The position numbers and the translations under genes were made by a program. A stretch of DNA of 64,000 nt from a virus: IMG/VR virus record IMGVR_UViG_3300032050_000122, one strand, 5' to 3'. Shown here piece by piece: positions 24,195 through 34,445 of the stretch; position 1 is the first letter of the stretch; each line of letters opens with the position of its first letter. Below the pieces are notes generated by a model, which was not told the DNA's origin, did not search any database, and was given only the letters and a program-made list of their open reading frames with translations.

Positions 24195-24671
24195 CTAAAT
24201 GTGTGACCAATTCTTACGACTGAGTATTAAAGAAATCGTGATGTAGTTCACATTGAACATTCTTCCTAGAGCGGCTTTAGACATAGTTCCTTCTAGCTCA
24301 CGAATCTTCAAAACTTCTATCTCAGTCAATTTCGCTTGACTATGGTTCTCACCACGATTATCTTTGCGGCCAGTTTGAAAAGCATGAATTATATTCTCAG
24401 AAACAGTTCCAAGAAATAAATGTTCTGGCTTTACACAAATCGGGTTTTCGCACTCATGACAAACTTGCAACTCTCCCGGCTCTTTATGGTAATGAAACCA
24501 ATAAGAGAATCGAGAGGCTATGTAATTGACACGATCAATTGTTATTGTGCCATAGCCGTCTCGATTCGGTCTACCTAACCAAAGCCAACAATCTTCTGTC
24601 TTACTGACATTGGCCCAATACGTCACAATCGCTTTTGGCGTTATGAGGGGCATTGGCCTGTAGTAACCCAT
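24195..24671 (-). mobile_element. HNH homing endonuclease
   Basis: 158 aa; CWLWLG...DGYG...HECENPICVKPEHLFLGT, typical of the phage HNH_3 family. Confidence 0.65.
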
Positions 24672-25056
24672 CAGGTTCCCTTGGTATAGGTCCGAAAGAG
24701 CAGTAAACGGGAGCGTCTTTGATCCCGGTCAGCTTGCCACCGTTATAGGTGATGGTAAAACGGTAGCCATTTTCAGTCGTCAAAATCCAGACACCCGGCT
24801 TGTCGGGTAATCCTTTGACCCACCTTGGTGGCGGCATGTACTCTGTACCTTCACTCTGACAAGTGAGGTACTGTTTGCAGTTCTCAAGTTGAATTGGAAT
24901 ATCTTGCTTGGGCGGAGTATACCCCTCCGGCAGCATAGCAAAGAGAGCGTTCCAATCTTGCCAACATTTGTCATCACCGAAGTTGTCTCGAATTTTCCTT
25001 ATTTGATTGAAGAGCTTGTCTTCTCTTTCCTCATAAATCTCACCGACGATGGACAT
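24601..25056 (-). CDS. hypothetical protein
   Basis: 151 aa ORF. Confidence 0.4.
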   Translation of the reverse strand: MSIVGEIYEEREDKLFNQIRKIRDNFGDDKCWQDWNALFAMLPEGYTPPKQDIPIQLENCKQYLTCQSEGTEYMPPPRWVKGLPDKPGVWILTTENGYRFTITYNGGKLTGIKDAPVYCSFGPIPREPDGLLQANAPHNAKSDCDVLGQCQ

Positions 25057-25194
25057 GATTCATCCTCGATTTCTTTCCAAATTTTTCGGATGATAGCATC
25101 ACGACGGTCGATCTCACCTTGGGCACAACACCACAAGGTGGCAACCGTCGCTACTAATCCGAAAACAGACAGGCCGTAAAACACCAAGAAGATT

Positions 25195-25584
25195 TCATTC
25201 GGCACAATGCACATTCTTCTCGTACTTGCTGTGATGAATCCATTCACCAGCACGAGTCCAAAAGCCCCAGTTCCGAAGCTTGCCTGTGCAGAAGCAAAGT
25301 GTAATCGCTTTCTTCTCGATTACAACTTGGTGTTTCCAAGTGGCTGGACGGTATAAGAAGCTACCCGGTCCATACCATTTCTTTCCGGTTGGCGTGACTT
25401 CCCAGTAGCCACCCCACAAGATTAGTGAGTAGAAGTTCCACGGATGATCGTGCAAACATTCGTCGTCACTTGCAACGAAAATGTGGAGATACACTCGACA
25501 CCATGAGAGGACTAAAATCTTTAGCCGCCACATGTAGTCGGCGTTATCTCCACGAGTGATTCGTTCCCATTGGAACATCTTCAT
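25195..25584 (-). CDS. hypothetical protein (HxH cupin-like?)
   Basis: 129 aa; LHDHPW motif. Confidence 0.35.
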   Translation of the reverse strand: MKMFQWERITRGDNADYMWRLKILVLSWCRVYLHIFVASDDECLHDHPWNFYSLILWGGYWEVTPTGKKWYGPGSFLYRPATWKHQVVIEKKAITLCFCTGKLRNWGFWTRAGEWIHHSKYEKNVHCAE

Positions 25585-25913
25585 GTTTGTTGTCCTAATT
25601 GGTCCGCAAAGCGTTGCTGAAGAAGTTTGTATTCTTGGTGGAGAGTGTTGAAAGATTGTTCAAGCTCTGCCTTGTCTCGATACAGAGTTTGAAGTTCGTC
25701 GTCAAGGTTTTCGAATCGCCGACGCCAATGCTCTTTGGCTTTCTTGAATTCAGTCTCCACCTTGACTGCGTAGTTTCGAGCAACCGCCAGGAGTTCCAAA
25801 TCGACGCTCATATGATCCCTTCCAAGATGAAAATTGAGACAACGGTTTGTGTTTCGCATTCCTCGCAATAACCACCGCCCTGGTCTGGTTCGACCTCGGT
25901 GGTGTAATCGCAA
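25581..25913 (-). CDS. hypothetical protein
   Basis: 110 aa, partly coiled-coil. Confidence 0.35.
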   Translation of the reverse strand: MRLHHRGRTRPGRWLLRGMRNTNRCLNFHLGRDHMSVDLELLAVARNYAVKVETEFKKAKEHWRRRFENLDDELQTLYRDKAELEQSFNTLHQEYKLLQQRFADQLGQQT

Positions 25914-26019
25914 TCCTCATTCGAGCAGATGCCAGGAGCAACCGAATCGGAGATGTACGCTTCGCACAAATCGACCGGACTGGCATAGCCTTCAATCTCG
26001 GCGAGCTTGTCTGATTTGC

Positions 26020-26379
26020 TCATCTGCAATACACCGAAAGGTAAAGGTACCAGTTGCTAGGACCGAACAGCTTTTTGATTTCGTCATCCGAGTCACTTGT
26101 CAACACATAGATGCCGACGCCTTCGGCAGCCATCTTTGTGAAGTCACGAATTTGAGCGTCCGTGAATTTGTATGACGCGGCATTCTTACACTCAATCCAG
26201 CGAGTCCCGTAACCACGGTGACATGCAAACAAGTCAGGGAATCCTGCTTGATACATATTGCCGTGAGTTGATTTCACGAACCAGCCTTCAAGAGTGAGAC
26301 GTTTGATGATCGCCTGTTGGATATACCATTCAGGACCATGACCACCTTTGGGCTTGAATGGTTTCATCTGGTTACTCAC
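26020..26379 (-). CDS. VRR-NUC domain nuclease
   Basis: 119 aa; GFPDLFACH ... WIECK (PD-(D/E)xK of the VRR-NUC type). Confidence 0.6.
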   Translation of the reverse strand: MSNQMKPFKPKGGHGPEWYIQQAIIKRLTLEGWFVKSTHGNMYQAGFPDLFACHRGYGTRWIECKNAASYKFTDAQIRDFTKMAAEGVGIYVLTSDSDDEIKKLFGPSNWYLYLSVYCR

Positions 26380-26683
26380 TTACTTGGTTCGCCTTCACAA
26401 GAGCGAGAAGAGTAATCGCCTGGTCGATCTTGTTGTCATCTGCACCAGACAGAAGCTCATGAATCAATTCGTTGGTTCGACGCAGCTTGTACGTCATGTC
26501 CGATTCGACAACGATCTTGAACCACACACTGTCGTGGTGTTTGTCGATCGAATCAGTCAGCGACTTCTTGATCGCCTTGATCCCGATTTTTCTTTTTGCG
26601 GCCATAGCTGCGAATCTCCTTGTACTTGGTGCGAAGGCGTTTGAGTGCTTCTTTGAGTAGTAGTTGTTCACGAAGGTCTTCAT
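26372..26683 (-). CDS. hypothetical protein
   Basis: 103 aa ORF. Confidence 0.35.
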   Translation of the reverse strand: MKTFVNNYYSKKHSNAFAPSTRRFAAMAAKRKIGIKAIKKSLTDSIDKHHDSVWFKIVVESDMTYKLRRTNELIHELLSGADDNKIDQAITLLALVKANQVSE

Positions 26684-26900
26684 ACTCCATCAAAGCATAA
26701 TGTTCCCACTGTGCTTCTGGGAGTAGATTCCAAATCTCGACAACATCACGCAACTCGTGAACCGTGATGTCAGCGGTCAACTTCTGAATGGCAGCGATGA
26801 AATCCTCATCGCCTTTTTCAAGGCGATGAGATTCTTTCGTCAGTTGCTTCTCCGAGACGCCGCTCATTTTCAAGAATTTTTCTAGCACGGACTTCTCCAA
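26553..26900 (-). CDS. hypothetical protein
   Basis: 115 aa ORF. Confidence 0.35.
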   Translation of the reverse strand: MEKSVLEKFLKMSGVSEKQLTKESHRLEKGDEDFIAAIQKLTADITVHELRDVVEIWNLLPEAQWEHYALMEYEDLREQLLLKEALKRLRTKYKEIRSYGRKKKNRDQGDQEVAD

Positions 26901-27228
26901 TCAGGGTAAGCAACTGTTCTTTGCACATTTTCTGGTAATCGTAAATCCCTAACGACCGAGCCAGAATACGTAGAGCGGTAACAGTCATTGTTGCCGTGTC
27001 CGAGTCGCGAATCTTATCCAACAAGGCAGAGAACAACTCTCGTTCGTTCTTTTCAAGAAGAATGAAGAGTTGCTCTCTTTCAATCGCAGTTGCCTTGTTG
27101 ATTAGTTCTTGAACATCATTTCGATTGACGTAGTAATCCAAGCTCCTAGCCTGGAGATACTTCCGTCTCGCCATTGTCAGGAAGTCCGGGAGGGTCTTCA
27201 TTCGATGATGCCTCAAGACGTTTCTCAC
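26818..27228 (-). CDS. hypothetical protein
   Basis: 136 aa ORF. Confidence 0.35.
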   Translation of the reverse strand: MRNVLRHHRMKTLPDFLTMARRKYLQARSLDYYVNRNDVQELINKATAIEREQLFILLEKNERELFSALLDKIRDSDTATMTVTALRILARSLGIYDYQKMCKEQLLTLIGEVRARKILENERRLGEATDERISSP

Positions 27229-27418
27229 ATTCCATCAGCACCCGATTCATGAAACGAGTCGCCGTGTTGTGAAGAAGCGATTCTTCTTTTGTCAACTCAC
27301 GTTCGCATTTGATACCGGACAACTGCATACGTGTCTCGTGTGCAGCTTTAGGCGCGTCGAGTGGACTCATAATATGAACCCTCCCATTAGGATTACTACT
27401 GACGCCTTGATGTTTCAA
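27146..27418 (-). CDS. hypothetical protein
   Basis: 90 aa ORF. Confidence 0.35.
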   Translation of the reverse strand: MKHQGVSSNPNGRVHIMSPLDAPKAAHETRMQLSGIKCERELTKEESLLHNTATRFMNRVLMECEKRLEASSNEDPPGLPDNGETEVSPG

Positions 27419-30040
27419 TCATTTGTCGGCCCATGACTTAAGCCCAATCATCCAGTCCATCTTAATCAAAGGTACTTTTGGACGGATAGATTCAACTGAT
27501 TCATCAACGATACGTTTAACCTCGGCGGAATACTGCGGGTCGGTAACACACATGATCTCGTCGTGAATGTTCATACCGATTACACGCCATGGATTCACAC
27601 CATGAGGTTGAATGTTCCAGATGTTGCGTTGCAACTTCTTAGTCGCCTGTGCCCCGCTGCTTTGAATCTGGTGGTTCGCAGCAGCACGCATTGAACTCGC
27701 TTGGATGCTGAAAGCAGCACCGAACAGTGCTGACCTTGTTGCACCCTCAGCCATTTGCATTCGCGGATTCTTCAAGCTTCTTACGAGCCTGATCTTGATG
27801 TCTTTCCAAGCTCTTGGAGGTTTCTCTCCGAGCATGAAGAGAGCCTTACAGATTTTATTCTCAAGAGTGAAGTACCTTGGGAATCCGAAGAGGGACTCGA
27901 TTTTGTCAGCAGGCTCGTGCCATTCGACGCGGCTACCTATTCCACCTGGTTGTCGCATGGAACAGAACTGATCGACAATTCTTTGTCGAGCAACGCCAAC
28001 CTGTTTGAACTGTCGTCCGAATTCTGTGAAGGCTTTGTTTGCGGTTTCAAGATCGACGCCCAATCGGTCTTGAAGGGTTGGTCCTTCTCCACCATAAAAC
28101 ATAGCGAAGACAGCGGACTTTGCCTTGGTGTACAGGTCTTTTCCATCGTTCATACCCTTGGTGGCCTTAAGCGATTTGTATGTATGTTCGGGATACACAT
28201 GGATACCGAACAACGCATGAATCGCTTTACCATCTTTGTCGCAAGATGGACAATAGACCTCATTGGTCGGACTTACCGCTTTGTTGAGCTTGCACTTCTT
28301 GCAGACCTTGTCCGAGTTGCGTTCGCGTTTCGTACAGGCCGGGCAGTAGATGTCACCTGATTCGATGACCATTTGCCCGTCGCAGTATTCACACGTTAGC
28401 AGAGCTTTTCGTAAGTCTGGATCGTTGTAGCAAGCCTCAGCAAGTGTGACTTCAAATCCTGCAAAGTCTCCTCCATCAAGAGAAAATCCTTCCCACGCCA
28501 ATGGAAAGCAGCTGCGTACTTCCTTTGTCTTGTTAATCCCTTGGGCGTTGAGACCGTCTGTTCCTGACATACGAGAGGACAAGGCCCCAATGACTTTGAA
28601 ACTTGCGTGAAATCTCCCAGCAAGAATAAGCTTGTCGTAGATTTCAATTTCTTTGGTGGCCTTACGAGCGTCGAGGACGTTCTTGGCTCTGATTGCTGCC
28701 GGGTGCGGGACTTTACCTTTTGAGCCACAATGTTCACACTCCACATTTGAAGGTGCGATAACCGTTTTGATGATTAACGATTTCTCACCTGTCAATTCGC
28801 CAACCAATTCGGAAACTTGTTCGCAAGCTTCCTCGACTTCGATTTCATTGGCCGCTGACGCATTACACTTGGGGCAAGGCATTTCTTGCTTTGCCATTGC
28901 TTCAAGAAGAACTTTCTTGGTGCTGCCCTTGAGTACAAGTTTGCTGGCAGGATCAAGTAGTTCGTTGATGTAATGCTTTACTTCGCGTGGACCAGTTGGA
29001 ATGACTTTCTTTTTCTCAATAGCACTCTTCTTAAGGGCTTTGAGCTTGTCGATGTCGATTCGAAATCCCTTCCAACGAACGGCAGCCACCATACAAGCCA
29101 ACTCGGAATCATCATCGCCTTGAGCAGGACGACCAAAGTGTTTCCAAAGTCCGCGAGTATAAATCACATCATCGGTTGCATACTCCCTTGCCAAAGGATT
29201 ATATGCCCAATGATTGATATGGTGTTTGATTACTTGTGGCCATGCTTCTCTTGCGAGTTTTTTCTTATTTGTTTTGCTACCAAACTTCTTCGCGAACGGT
29301 ACAGCTTTTGCGAACGGAGCATAGCCGTACTCGGCAGGCCACCAGCGACGATCGACTTCGACGTCGGTGAAGCGTAGAACTTTCTCAGGTGGAATACCTA
29401 AAGCGTCTACCGCTAATGCTTTCAATGCACTACTCGGTGCGAACTTCAAAACGACATCTTTGAAATCGGGGTTGACGACTTTCTCTTCATCCACGATATC
29501 GTAGACTTGCCATTTCTTACCTTTTTCTTTCTTGCGAGCAAAGTAAATGTCCTTTAATTCGATTCGTCTTTCCAACTCAGCAGCAAGCTGCCAAGCAAGT
29601 GCTGTAGGTACTCTACGAATTCGAATGTCGCCGCGATCCATTGTAGACTGGTATTCAGTTTTTCTGGCCCACAGCATTAGATCGCAAGCAGAGACAGGCT
29701 TCAAACAAGGACCATCACGACCCATAGGTTCGAGATCGGCAAGCCTATCAATGATGTCTTCAGGGTAATCGTCATGGTCATGCCACAGTGAGAAGATTGT
29801 ATAAATCTTACACATGTGGAAAAAATCAAATGCTAGATTGAATCCACAAATTCCTCCAGGGTGGTTCACAATCATTTCAATCAATGCGAGTGTCTTGCTG
29901 ATAGGCTCTTTCCAAATTGAGTACAATTCAATTGGACCGTCGCCAATGGCATATTGAAGAAGCACTCCCATACCATGGAGACCACAAGTTTCAAAATCTA
30001 GAAAGATTGGGTCATGCGTATTTCCAGTAGTATCCACCAC
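27419..30040 (-). CDS. family A DNA polymerase with 3'-5' exonuclease and zinc-finger insertions
   Basis: 873 aa; Exo I FLDFETCGL, Pol A motif B KAKSAVFAMFYGGEG, motif C NIHDEIMCV; inserted CxxC...CxxC ribbons. Confidence 0.8.
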   Translation of the reverse strand: MVDTTGNTHDPIFLDFETCGLHGMGVLLQYAIGDGPIELYSIWKEPISKTLALIEMIVNHPGGICGFNLAFDFFHMCKIYTIFSLWHDHDDYPEDIIDRLADLEPMGRDGPCLKPVSACDLMLWARKTEYQSTMDRGDIRIRRVPTALAWQLAAELERRIELKDIYFARKKEKGKKWQVYDIVDEEKVVNPDFKDVVLKFAPSSALKALAVDALGIPPEKVLRFTDVEVDRRWWPAEYGYAPFAKAVPFAKKFGSKTNKKKLAREAWPQVIKHHINHWAYNPLAREYATDDVIYTRGLWKHFGRPAQGDDDSELACMVAAVRWKGFRIDIDKLKALKKSAIEKKKVIPTGPREVKHYINELLDPASKLVLKGSTKKVLLEAMAKQEMPCPKCNASAANEIEVEEACEQVSELVGELTGEKSLIIKTVIAPSNVECEHCGSKGKVPHPAAIRAKNVLDARKATKEIEIYDKLILAGRFHASFKVIGALSSRMSGTDGLNAQGINKTKEVRSCFPLAWEGFSLDGGDFAGFEVTLAEACYNDPDLRKALLTCEYCDGQMVIESGDIYCPACTKRERNSDKVCKKCKLNKAVSPTNEVYCPSCDKDGKAIHALFGIHVYPEHTYKSLKATKGMNDGKDLYTKAKSAVFAMFYGGEGPTLQDRLGVDLETANKAFTEFGRQFKQVGVARQRIVDQFCSMRQPGGIGSRVEWHEPADKIESLFGFPRYFTLENKICKALFMLGEKPPRAWKDIKIRLVRSLKNPRMQMAEGATRSALFGAAFSIQASSMRAAANHQIQSSGAQATKKLQRNIWNIQPHGVNPWRVIGMNIHDEIMCVTDPQYSAEVKRIVDESVESIRPKVPLIKMDWMIGLKSWADK

Positions 30041-30242
30041 TTGATTTCTGCCTCCCTGAAAGTACTCGTAGGTGCCTATAAGCTCTTCTGCCGATTCCCT
30101 TACCTATGTAGAAATACGGGTCACTACTTGTTGGGTCAGTGTACCCGTATACGTAGTAATCAGTCAAGTGGGACATCCGTTGCAAGGAGAGTTCGCAGAT
30201 CGTCCCATAGCATGGGACACAAAGCCTTTTCACCTGACACAC
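30012..30242 (-). pseudogene. truncated GIY-YIG endonuclease-like ORF
   Basis: YVYGYTDP...PYFYIGKG.GRR...H (N-terminal half of a GIY-YIG domain) in a 76-aa ORF overlapping the polymerase start. Confidence 0.4.
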
Positions 30243-30405
30243 GACACTTACAGCTAATCAGGTGCGGAGCGTACTGGCGAGTTGTGAAGAACATCGGCGT
30301 GTTGCAGATTGTGCAAGTCCGATACGGCACATCTTTGCCAGCTTCAAGCAAGGCTTTGACATAATCAAAGCTAGGCTTCTTCGTTGGCCCTTGTGAGGTC
30401 GTCAT
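30160..30405 (-). CDS. hypothetical Cys-rich protein
   Basis: 81 aa with CTIC...CKC. Confidence 0.3.
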   Translation of the reverse strand: MTTSQGPTKKPSFDYVKALLEAGKDVPYRTCTICNTPMFFTTRQYAPHLISCKCRVSGEKALCPMLWDDLRTLLATDVPLD

Positions 30406-30562
30406 TGTTTGGGTCTTCCTCAGTGATAGTGCTGATTCGTCTTCTTATAGCCGAATCATGTGGATCAGGTCGATGAATGATTTGTGTGTTGACGCCAAGT
30501 TCCCCACAAGTGGGGCACCTGGCATCAGCTAACACTTTGCTGCAACCCCTACACCACTTCAT
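30371..30562 (-). CDS. zinc-ribbon protein
   Basis: 63 aa with CRGC...CPTC. Confidence 0.35.
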   Translation of the reverse strand: MKWCRGCSKVLADARCPTCGELGVNTQIIHRPDPHDSAIRRRISTITEEDPNNDDLTRANEEA

Positions 30563-30953
30563 CTGGCTTCACCTTGAGCTTCAAGGATTCGTGGTCCGAT
30601 TGCAGATTCGCATGAGTCAAGGTCAATGCCTTGTGTTCATTTTGAATCTTGTCGAAGACCGCTTGCCAAGTCTTCTGGTCTTTGTCGGCTTGTTCCTTGA
30701 CAAGTTGGACTTGCAACTCGGCTTTCTCGCTCGCAGCCCGAAGATTCAAAATCTCGGTCTTGAGCTTCTCGTTTTCATCTTGCAGCTCTTTCAGCTTCGG
30801 AGTCGCAGTACCATCCACTGTTGCCTTGGTCACTTCATCGACCAGAACATCTGCAAAATCTTCACAGAGTTGTACATCCATGAGCTTGCGTTTGTTGTTC
30901 GTGCGGGTCCAGATTCGAGCGGCAATGCCGCGTGCTTCATCCATTGTCAACAT
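30549..30953 (-). CDS. hypothetical coiled-coil protein
   Basis: 134 aa. Confidence 0.4.
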   Translation of the reverse strand: MLTMDEARGIAARIWTRTNNKRKLMDVQLCEDFADVLVDEVTKATVDGTATPKLKELQDENEKLKTEILNLRAASEKAELQVQLVKEQADKDQKTWQAVFDKIQNEHKALTLTHANLQSDHESLKLKVKPDEVV

Positions 30954-31755
30954 TACGTGGTTCTCCGTTGAAGGAAGGATATTCTTCCTTTAGGGACTTA
31001 AAGAGTTCTTCCGTGCTAATGACACCAGATGTCCAAGCTAACGTCCGTGTAGCAATGTTCGGACCAACAGAGTCCGTAATCAAGTCTTGGACTTCAAACA
31101 TCTCTCGCATGTTGCGAACAACTTTGGCCTTCTGGTCAGAGGTTATGACGCTCTTCTTTGGTGTGATTGCGACATCAAGACTCTCGCCACGGAGCTTCGC
31201 CTGTTTGATCTTGACCACAGTGTCGATCCGGCCTTGCCGAGATGGAATCTCATGCAAGGCTTTGATCTGGTCCTGTGTTAGGAACCCTGCTGCGATTTCC
31301 AATTGAATGTCGGGTTCAAGATCGAGGATCAAGTAACGAGTTGTCACCCAGCCGGTGGACTGACCCACACGCTTGGCAACTTCCCGCAACTGCAATCCTT
31401 TATCCCTGAACCACTTGATTGCCTGAGCTTCCTGGAACATGTTCAAGTCTTTGCGTTCCAGATTCTCGATGAGATTCAAGGAACGAGCTTGATCTTCGGA
31501 CAAGTCCCGAATCGTACCAGGAATGTGGGTCCACTTCAACAGCTTGCAAGAGTAGAGGCGACGGTGACCCACGACCATCATGTACTCGTAGCCGTCCTTG
31601 TTGTAAGGACGAACTACGATAGGTTGCATGAGTCCATTCTCTCGAATGGACTCGACAATCGTTTGCACGTCAATCGGTGCAAGCTTTTGATGACGACAGT
31701 TCCAGTTTTCCTCGTCGGAAAAGATTTTCTTGATTTCAAGCTGTTGTACTTGCAT
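30937..31755 (-). CDS. ParB-like nuclease domain protein
   Basis: 272 aa; N-terminal ParB/Srx fold with VVGHRRL. Confidence 0.6.
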   Translation of the reverse strand: MQVQQLEIKKIFSDEENWNCRHQKLAPIDVQTIVESIRENGLMQPIVVRPYNKDGYEYMMVVGHRRLYSCKLLKWTHIPGTIRDLSEDQARSLNLIENLERKDLNMFQEAQAIKWFRDKGLQLREVAKRVGQSTGWVTTRYLILDLEPDIQLEIAAGFLTQDQIKALHEIPSRQGRIDTVVKIKQAKLRGESLDVAITPKKSVITSDQKAKVVRNMREMFEVQDLITDSVGPNIATRTLAWTSGVISTEELFKSLKEEYPSFNGEPRNVDNG

Positions 31756-32198
31756 TAAGTGCCTCGTTTGTTCAATGCCTGAATCTCTTCACAGAGAATG
31801 TCTCGCAAAGCCTGATCCCTTAGAGGCACAGGATTGAATCTATCGTAGTCCTTAAAAGTATCAAGAAATTCAAATAGTATTTTCGCCTGCTCGATTTTAA
31901 TAATCAAATAAGGTGAAATACGATTCAAGAAATTTCTTAATTCTTCTCGTTGAACATCCCATTGCCAAGATTCTTTTCTATTTCCTCTTAAATCTTTCCT
32001 GGATCGAGGAGTGCCAATTCCAGTAATAACTACCAAGTAGTCCATTAACTTGTAGTTAGTATTGCTGATTGCCACAAATGGTATATAAGGAATTGCATGG
32101 GTTACTTTTTGTGGCTTCTGCCTACAGATTGTGATAGTACCTTCACCATCAATCAATCCAGCAATATAAGCAGCTTGGTTGTCTGTGATGTTTTTCAT
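31755..32198 (-). mobile_element. free-standing LAGLIDADG homing endonuclease
   Basis: 147 aa with AYIAGLIDGEGT. Confidence 0.65.
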
Positions 32199-34117
32199 TG
32201 ATCCCAGTTGATTTGGTTATTCAACTCTCCCATGCTGAGGGCTTGAAGCTTCTTCTTCTTCTTCAAGTTGTTAAGAACCAATTCATCACTTGGTAAATGG
32301 ATCAAATCAATGATGGTAGCCCCTCTGTTCACATCCATTCCCATACGATGTATTCGGTCTTCTGACTGCTGTCTGGATTCAGCATTGAAATCATTCGAGT
32401 AATATACGATTGTTGGGCTAGCCGTTAAGGTCAAACCCATACCAGCCGCACTAGGCTGACCAATGAATACTAATCGACGAATTTCCTTATCATTTTGAAA
32501 TTTCAACAACAGTGCTTTAGCATCAAGTCCTTCAAAAGAACTTGCCCAACCACGGCCATCAACACGAATCCATTCCCACTGATTCTTCTTCGCTATTTCA
32601 ACACAGCGATCAACAGAACCAGTGAACCCCGCATAGACAACGAGACGCCCAACGTCGTCGTGTTCGTCAAACAGGTCCGAAAGGACTTGTTCCTTCGCAG
32701 ATTCGACTTGCGTTGCAACGCGAGTATACGAAGTAACTTCGCCCGATCCGTCGCAATGCGGACACGCTTTCTCACCAGTTTGAAACGTGCCTTCCGGGAT
32801 TTCAAGCCCTTCATATTGTCTCCGCATCATTTCGTCATATTGGTCGTCCGGACCAACGTAGATGAAATCGATCGCAGTACGCTCGCCCTTGCAGAGCGGA
32901 CACGTTTCCGTGCCGATCGCTTGTTCGTCATACTGAAAGCCATCGGAGAGTTCTCTCAACAGAGTGAGAGTTTTGATTCCACTGTTGCCTTGAGCCACAA
33001 GCAGCTTCGCGGCATTGACGATGTTCTGACTCGGCTTGATACGAATTTCCCGGTATTGCTTTTCGGGAAGATCGAGGCAATCTTTTTTCAATTTCACAAG
33101 AACCAGGCCATTCATTCTCTTATAGAGATAAGCGACTTCATTCTTGCTCGGCTGGTACGGGTGAGCATCTTCCATGATTTCATCATGTTGATTTTCATAC
33201 TTGCCGCAGGTCTTGCATTTCTTCTCGTCATCAAGCCAAGATTCCAACGCGGAGTACGTACCCGCGACGCCTTCCGCTTGTTTCATAATCGCAAGACGCG
33301 ATCTGAACTTCTCAGGGTTGCCCTCTTTCAAGAAGCCAGGACAAGCGATGTTACATAATGACCACCAATCCACCGGACTCTTGGGAGCCGGCGAACCAGA
33401 CATCAGAATGACATAGCCCTGTTCGCCCCAGTGTTCGCGGATGTAATCGGCCATCCACTTGGCAGCTTGTGTACGCGCCGCGGTATGCGTTTTGCATCGT
33501 GATGCTTCATCGAACACAATGCCTTGCGGCGGTTCGGCACCTTGCGGCCAATTCTTGCAAAGTTCGCGGAACGCTTCGTAGGTGTGGAATCGAGGACGAA
33601 CCTTGGAGTTCCATTTGTCGAACTCAAGCTGCACCGAGTACATGGCGGACTTCGGTGCAATCCAGTACCAACTCTTGGCATTGGATTGTTCCATGGCACT
33701 GATTGTCGAGAGCGTCTTGCCAGTACCCATCTCGGCGGCGATGACGCAGTAGTGACGAATCAGTTCAAACGCCGCAATGTCAATTTGATGTTGCCGGAGT
33801 TCAGGACGCCAAACAATATTGCTTGTGTCGAGAGGCTTGTCGAACCAGACATAAGGATCGCCGCCAGCAAGAAAGTCAAGCTGGAAACGATTATGTTGGG
33901 AGTCACTAAGACTCCAAGCCTTAATCGGCGGGTCTTTGAACCCATGCCAAGTTGTACCCTCAAGAGCTTTGAGTTCTTCGGTTATCTTTTTGTTAAAAGC
34001 ATACGAAGCCCAAAGCCGGTCACGCTTCTTCGTGAACGTGACCGGGTATCGATAATCCCCAATTTGGATTTTAAGGACTTTTGGAACACCTTCTTGGAAT
34101 GTCAAATCAGTGAACAT
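32195..34117 (-). CDS. SF2 (SNF2/DEAH-like) helicase with zinc-ribbon insertions
   Basis: 640 aa; Walker A AAEMGTGKT, motif II VFDEAS, motif VI QSEDRIHRMG; CxxC ribbons. Confidence 0.65.
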   Translation of the reverse strand: MFTDLTFQEGVPKVLKIQIGDYRYPVTFTKKRDRLWASYAFNKKITEELKALEGTTWHGFKDPPIKAWSLSDSQHNRFQLDFLAGGDPYVWFDKPLDTSNIVWRPELRQHQIDIAAFELIRHYCVIAAEMGTGKTLSTISAMEQSNAKSWYWIAPKSAMYSVQLEFDKWNSKVRPRFHTYEAFRELCKNWPQGAEPPQGIVFDEASRCKTHTAARTQAAKWMADYIREHWGEQGYVILMSGSPAPKSPVDWWSLCNIACPGFLKEGNPEKFRSRLAIMKQAEGVAGTYSALESWLDDEKKCKTCGKYENQHDEIMEDAHPYQPSKNEVAYLYKRMNGLVLVKLKKDCLDLPEKQYREIRIKPSQNIVNAAKLLVAQGNSGIKTLTLLRELSDGFQYDEQAIGTETCPLCKGERTAIDFIYVGPDDQYDEMMRRQYEGLEIPEGTFQTGEKACPHCDGSGEVTSYTRVATQVESAKEQVLSDLFDEHDDVGRLVVYAGFTGSVDRCVEIAKKNQWEWIRVDGRGWASSFEGLDAKALLLKFQNDKEIRRLVFIGQPSAAGMGLTLTASPTIVYYSNDFNAESRQQSEDRIHRMGMDVNRGATIIDLIHLPSDELVLNNLKKKKKLQALSMGELNNQINWDQ

Positions 34118-34157
34118 TAAAAATATCCTGTATGAGTGTGAAAGGTATCTAGCTCAG

Positions 34158-34418
34158 CTAGTTCTTGAAGATAAGGAAGGCGATGACTTCCAGAACTGTC
34201 AAGCCGATAGCGAGAATCCAAAGATTGCGACACACGCTAGTTGACAGCATAGTGTAGCTGTCTCTGACCACTGTTGCCAGAATCGCTGCACCGAATAGAC
34301 CACCAACAAACAAGTGACAGGCATCTTTGAAAAGATCGTCGGGATGAATCTGACCAGAAGCTGGCATCAGGAATCGGCCGATGCCAAAAGCGATTGTCAA
34401 GATTAGAACGTAGATCAT
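34158..34418 (-). CDS. small membrane protein
   Basis: 86 aa, two or three hydrophobic helices. Confidence 0.4.
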   Translation of the reverse strand: MIYVLILTIAFGIGRFLMPASGQIHPDDLFKDACHLFVGGLFGAAILATVVRDSYTMLSTSVCRNLWILAIGLTVLEVIAFLIFKN

Positions 34419-34445
34419 TTCAACAACCGCCTTTTGGTTTGGTTT

